Source of the DNA: Bacteroidales bacterium
GTDB lineage: Bacteria > Bacteroidota > Bacteroidia > Bacteroidales > UBA12077
Direction of reading: 5' to 3'
DNA: 64,000 nt
Assembly (NCBI GenBank): GCA_036351015.1
Contig: JAZBOG010000024.1
Span: 34,675 to 98,674 of the forward strand
In this document: one piece after another, positions 62,107-64,000 of the stretch
Layout: every line of letters begins with the position of its first letter
How positions within the stretch are numbered: the stretch's first letter is position 1
Translations under genes and position numbers: made by a program
Notes under the pieces: generated by a model
What the model was told of the DNA's origin: nothing
Databases searched by the model: none
Seen by the model: the letters and a program-made list of their open reading frames with translations, nothing else

Positions 62107-63471
62107 TTATTGTTTAATCCATCCCTTTTTCAAAAAGTTGCAATTTATAAATGATTCATCAACATGGATATAGGTCTTCTTTTTACTTTCCTCAAGCCAT
62201 TCTTCAAATTTCTTCTGTTTCTTCTCCATCAAGGCTATTTCTTCAATCATTTCATAATCATCTTCCATATTAGCCTTGTGGGCATCAATCTTCTGGGCAA
62301 TTTTTATTATCTTAAAAATCGGCTTTCCTTTATCATCAATAGTCTCGAAAGGTTCAGAAATCTCTCCCATAGACAGGTCCTTAACAACATTATATTCGGC
62401 TTTTGGCAGCTCTTCCAGGTCGAATCGTGTGGAAGAATTCATGGGATTAACCATTAAGCCATCGTTAAGCCTTGACTGCTCATCCTCAGAAAAACTAAGG
62501 GCAGCATTGGTAAATGAAATACTATCCTTGCGAATGAGATCAGCAATACTATCGAGTTTATTTTTAGCTTTAATTTTTTGCTGAATGTCAACTTTAGGGG
62601 TAATCAGGATATGCCTCACATTCACCTGATTCCCTTGCTGAGAGATCAGTTGAATAATATGAAAACCATATTCGGACTCAACAATACGGGATATCCCGCC
62701 GTCATCGGTAAGTCTGAATGCAGCTTTGGCAAACTCAGGATCCAGTTCGTCCCGGGTTCTGAAACCCAATTCACCACCCCTGCGGGCTGAGCCTGGATCT
62801 TCTGAATAAAGAACAGCGAGCGTAGAAAACCGCTCTCCATTAATTATACGTTCCCGTATATTTAACAGCTTTTCGCGTGCTTCAGCTCTTGATTTCTCAT
62901 CTTCCGGAGGATATACTGCAATCTGATTGATCTGATACTGGGTGTTTACCATGGGGATACTATCTTCCGGGAGTTTCTTATAGAATTTTTCCACCTCTTT
63001 GGGCGAAACCTTTACTCCCATTACCAGGTTGCTTTGCATGGTCTGGGTAAGAAGCTGTTCACGGATCAGGGGACGAAAATCCTCTTTGATTTCGATCATC
63101 GACTTATTATAAAACTCTTCGAGCTTTTGTTGTGAACCGATTTGACGAATAAAATAGTTCAGCCGTCGTTCTAATTCAGACTCTATCTGATTAGCTCCTA
63201 CCTGGATACTGTCTAACTCAGCCTGTATTAATAACAATTTCTGGACAAGCAGTTCTTCAAAAACCTCACATTTGATATCCCCTCTTCCCTGGTATCCCTG
63301 GGCTTTAAACTGGATAACCTGGTTCTCAACATCCGATTGCAAAATTATTTTATCTCCGACATTGGCAATTACCCTGTCGGCAACAAACTGTTTTTGAGCA
63401 ATTAAATTAAAAACTGTTAATACTAAGGTTGTAGATATAAAAAGTCGTTTCATAAATATCATCTTCATCAT
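62107..63471 (-). CDS. surA: SurA-like parvulin peptidyl-prolyl isomerase
   Basis: DRVIANVG, YSEDPGSARRGGELG, SEYGFHIIQL, VRHIL. Confidence 0.85.
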   Translation of the reverse strand: MMKMIFMKRLFISTTLVLTVFNLIAQKQFVADRVIANVGDKIILQSDVENQVIQFKAQGYQGRGDIKCEVFEELLVQKLLLIQAELDSIQVGANQIESELERRLNYFIRQIGSQQKLEEFYNKSMIEIKEDFRPLIREQLLTQTMQSNLVMGVKVSPKEVEKFYKKLPEDSIPMVNTQYQINQIAVYPPEDEKSRAEAREKLLNIRERIINGERFSTLAVLYSEDPGSARRGGELGFRTRDELDPEFAKAAFRLTDDGGISRIVESEYGFHIIQLISQQGNQVNVRHILITPKVDIQQKIKAKNKLDSIADLIRKDSISFTNAALSFSEDEQSRLNDGLMVNPMNSSTRFDLEELPKAEYNVVKDLSMGEISEPFETIDDKGKPIFKIIKIAQKIDAHKANMEDDYEMIEEIALMEKKQKKFEEWLEESKKKTYIHVDESFINCNFLKKGWIKQ

Positions 63472-63474
63472 TAT

Positions 63475-63999
63475 TTAATAGATTATAAATTCATTACGGT
63501 TTAAAGCGTTATTGTATATATTGTTTTCCAGTTCTTCAAAAAATGAAAACTTTCGTTTATTCAGGATAATGGTTTTTATTTTAGGTTCAGCATATTCAAT
63601 GGGCTGAATAGTACTTCTCAATGCATAATCATTAATCTTCACAAAATAATAAAACAAGGAGTCTTCAGTTTCAATATATTGATTATACCTCAAATAACGT
63701 TCTTCATCATCAATATTCAAAGGCAATTCGTTCAATAAGCTGGAGAAAGATAACCATTGGTTATTAAAGGTATCAAATTTACTGGCATACTGGTAACAGT
63801 AATCTTCCAGTTTGGTTAAATCTTCAGCATCATCTGACTTATACCATTTCTTCACCTGGTTAATCTCAGGAGACTCCTTGGAAATTTTCAGGTATAAGGC
63901 TTTAACAATATTATGATTTAAGATAAAATTGGCAGAAAACTCATTATAGTAGGACTCAATCTCCTGCTGGGTAATCAGGGTATCAATCTTTTGTTTTAT
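63475..63999 (-). CDS. Conserved protein of the Bacteroidota surA/PPIase cluster, 5' end outside the window
   Basis: The frame stays open to the window edge: IKQKIDTLITQQEIESYYNEFSANFILNHNIVKALYLKI...IILNKRK. Confidence 0.8.
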   Translation of the reverse strand: MKQKIDTLITQQEIESYYNEFSANFILNHNIVKALYLKISKESPEINQVKKWYKSDDAEDLTKLEDYCYQYASKFDTFNNQWLSFSSLLNELPLNIDDEERYLRYNQYIETEDSLFYYFVKINDYALRSTIQPIEYAEPKIKTIILNKRKFSFFEELENNIYNNALNRNEFIIY

Positions 64000-64000
64000 C

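Noticed and set aside
1-64000. CRISPR arrays, tRNA/rRNA, integrases, transposases, phage or defence genes
   Set aside because: No intergenic space or motifs supporting any of them were seen.

Overview
A 64-kb, AT-rich, gene-dense chromosomal segment from a Bacteroidota bacterium, probably an anaerobic Bacteroidales/Marinilabiliales-like organism. The evidence is TAnnTTTG promoter boxes, rseC-rnfBCDGEA gene order, DUF2795 and the OstA-like/SurA cluster. It is mostly housekeeping: ftsE, mutS2, ptrB, tex, recG, pduO, surA and the complete rnf operon. Accessory blocks are a surface-glycan modification cluster (flippase, GT4, sulfotransferase, two deacetylases, FemAB/GNAT), three tandem paralogous histidine kinases, a DUF362/polyferredoxin pair, a serine hydrolase with an atypical group IV decarboxylase, and an OmpR-type two-component system beside a TonB-dependent receptor. 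I saw no rRNA, tRNA, CRISPR array, transposase or prophage. The best leads are: (i) an 11-bp-period direct-repeat operator with identical geometry upstream of the response regulator and the receptor, (ii) a possible split N-deacetylase/sulfotransferase glycan-tailoring system, (iii) a possible D-amino-acid module, (iv) a shared ECF-like promoter motif, and (v) a homopolymer frameshift at the start of the polyferredoxin gene. All family assignments come from motif recognition by eye; no database search was run.
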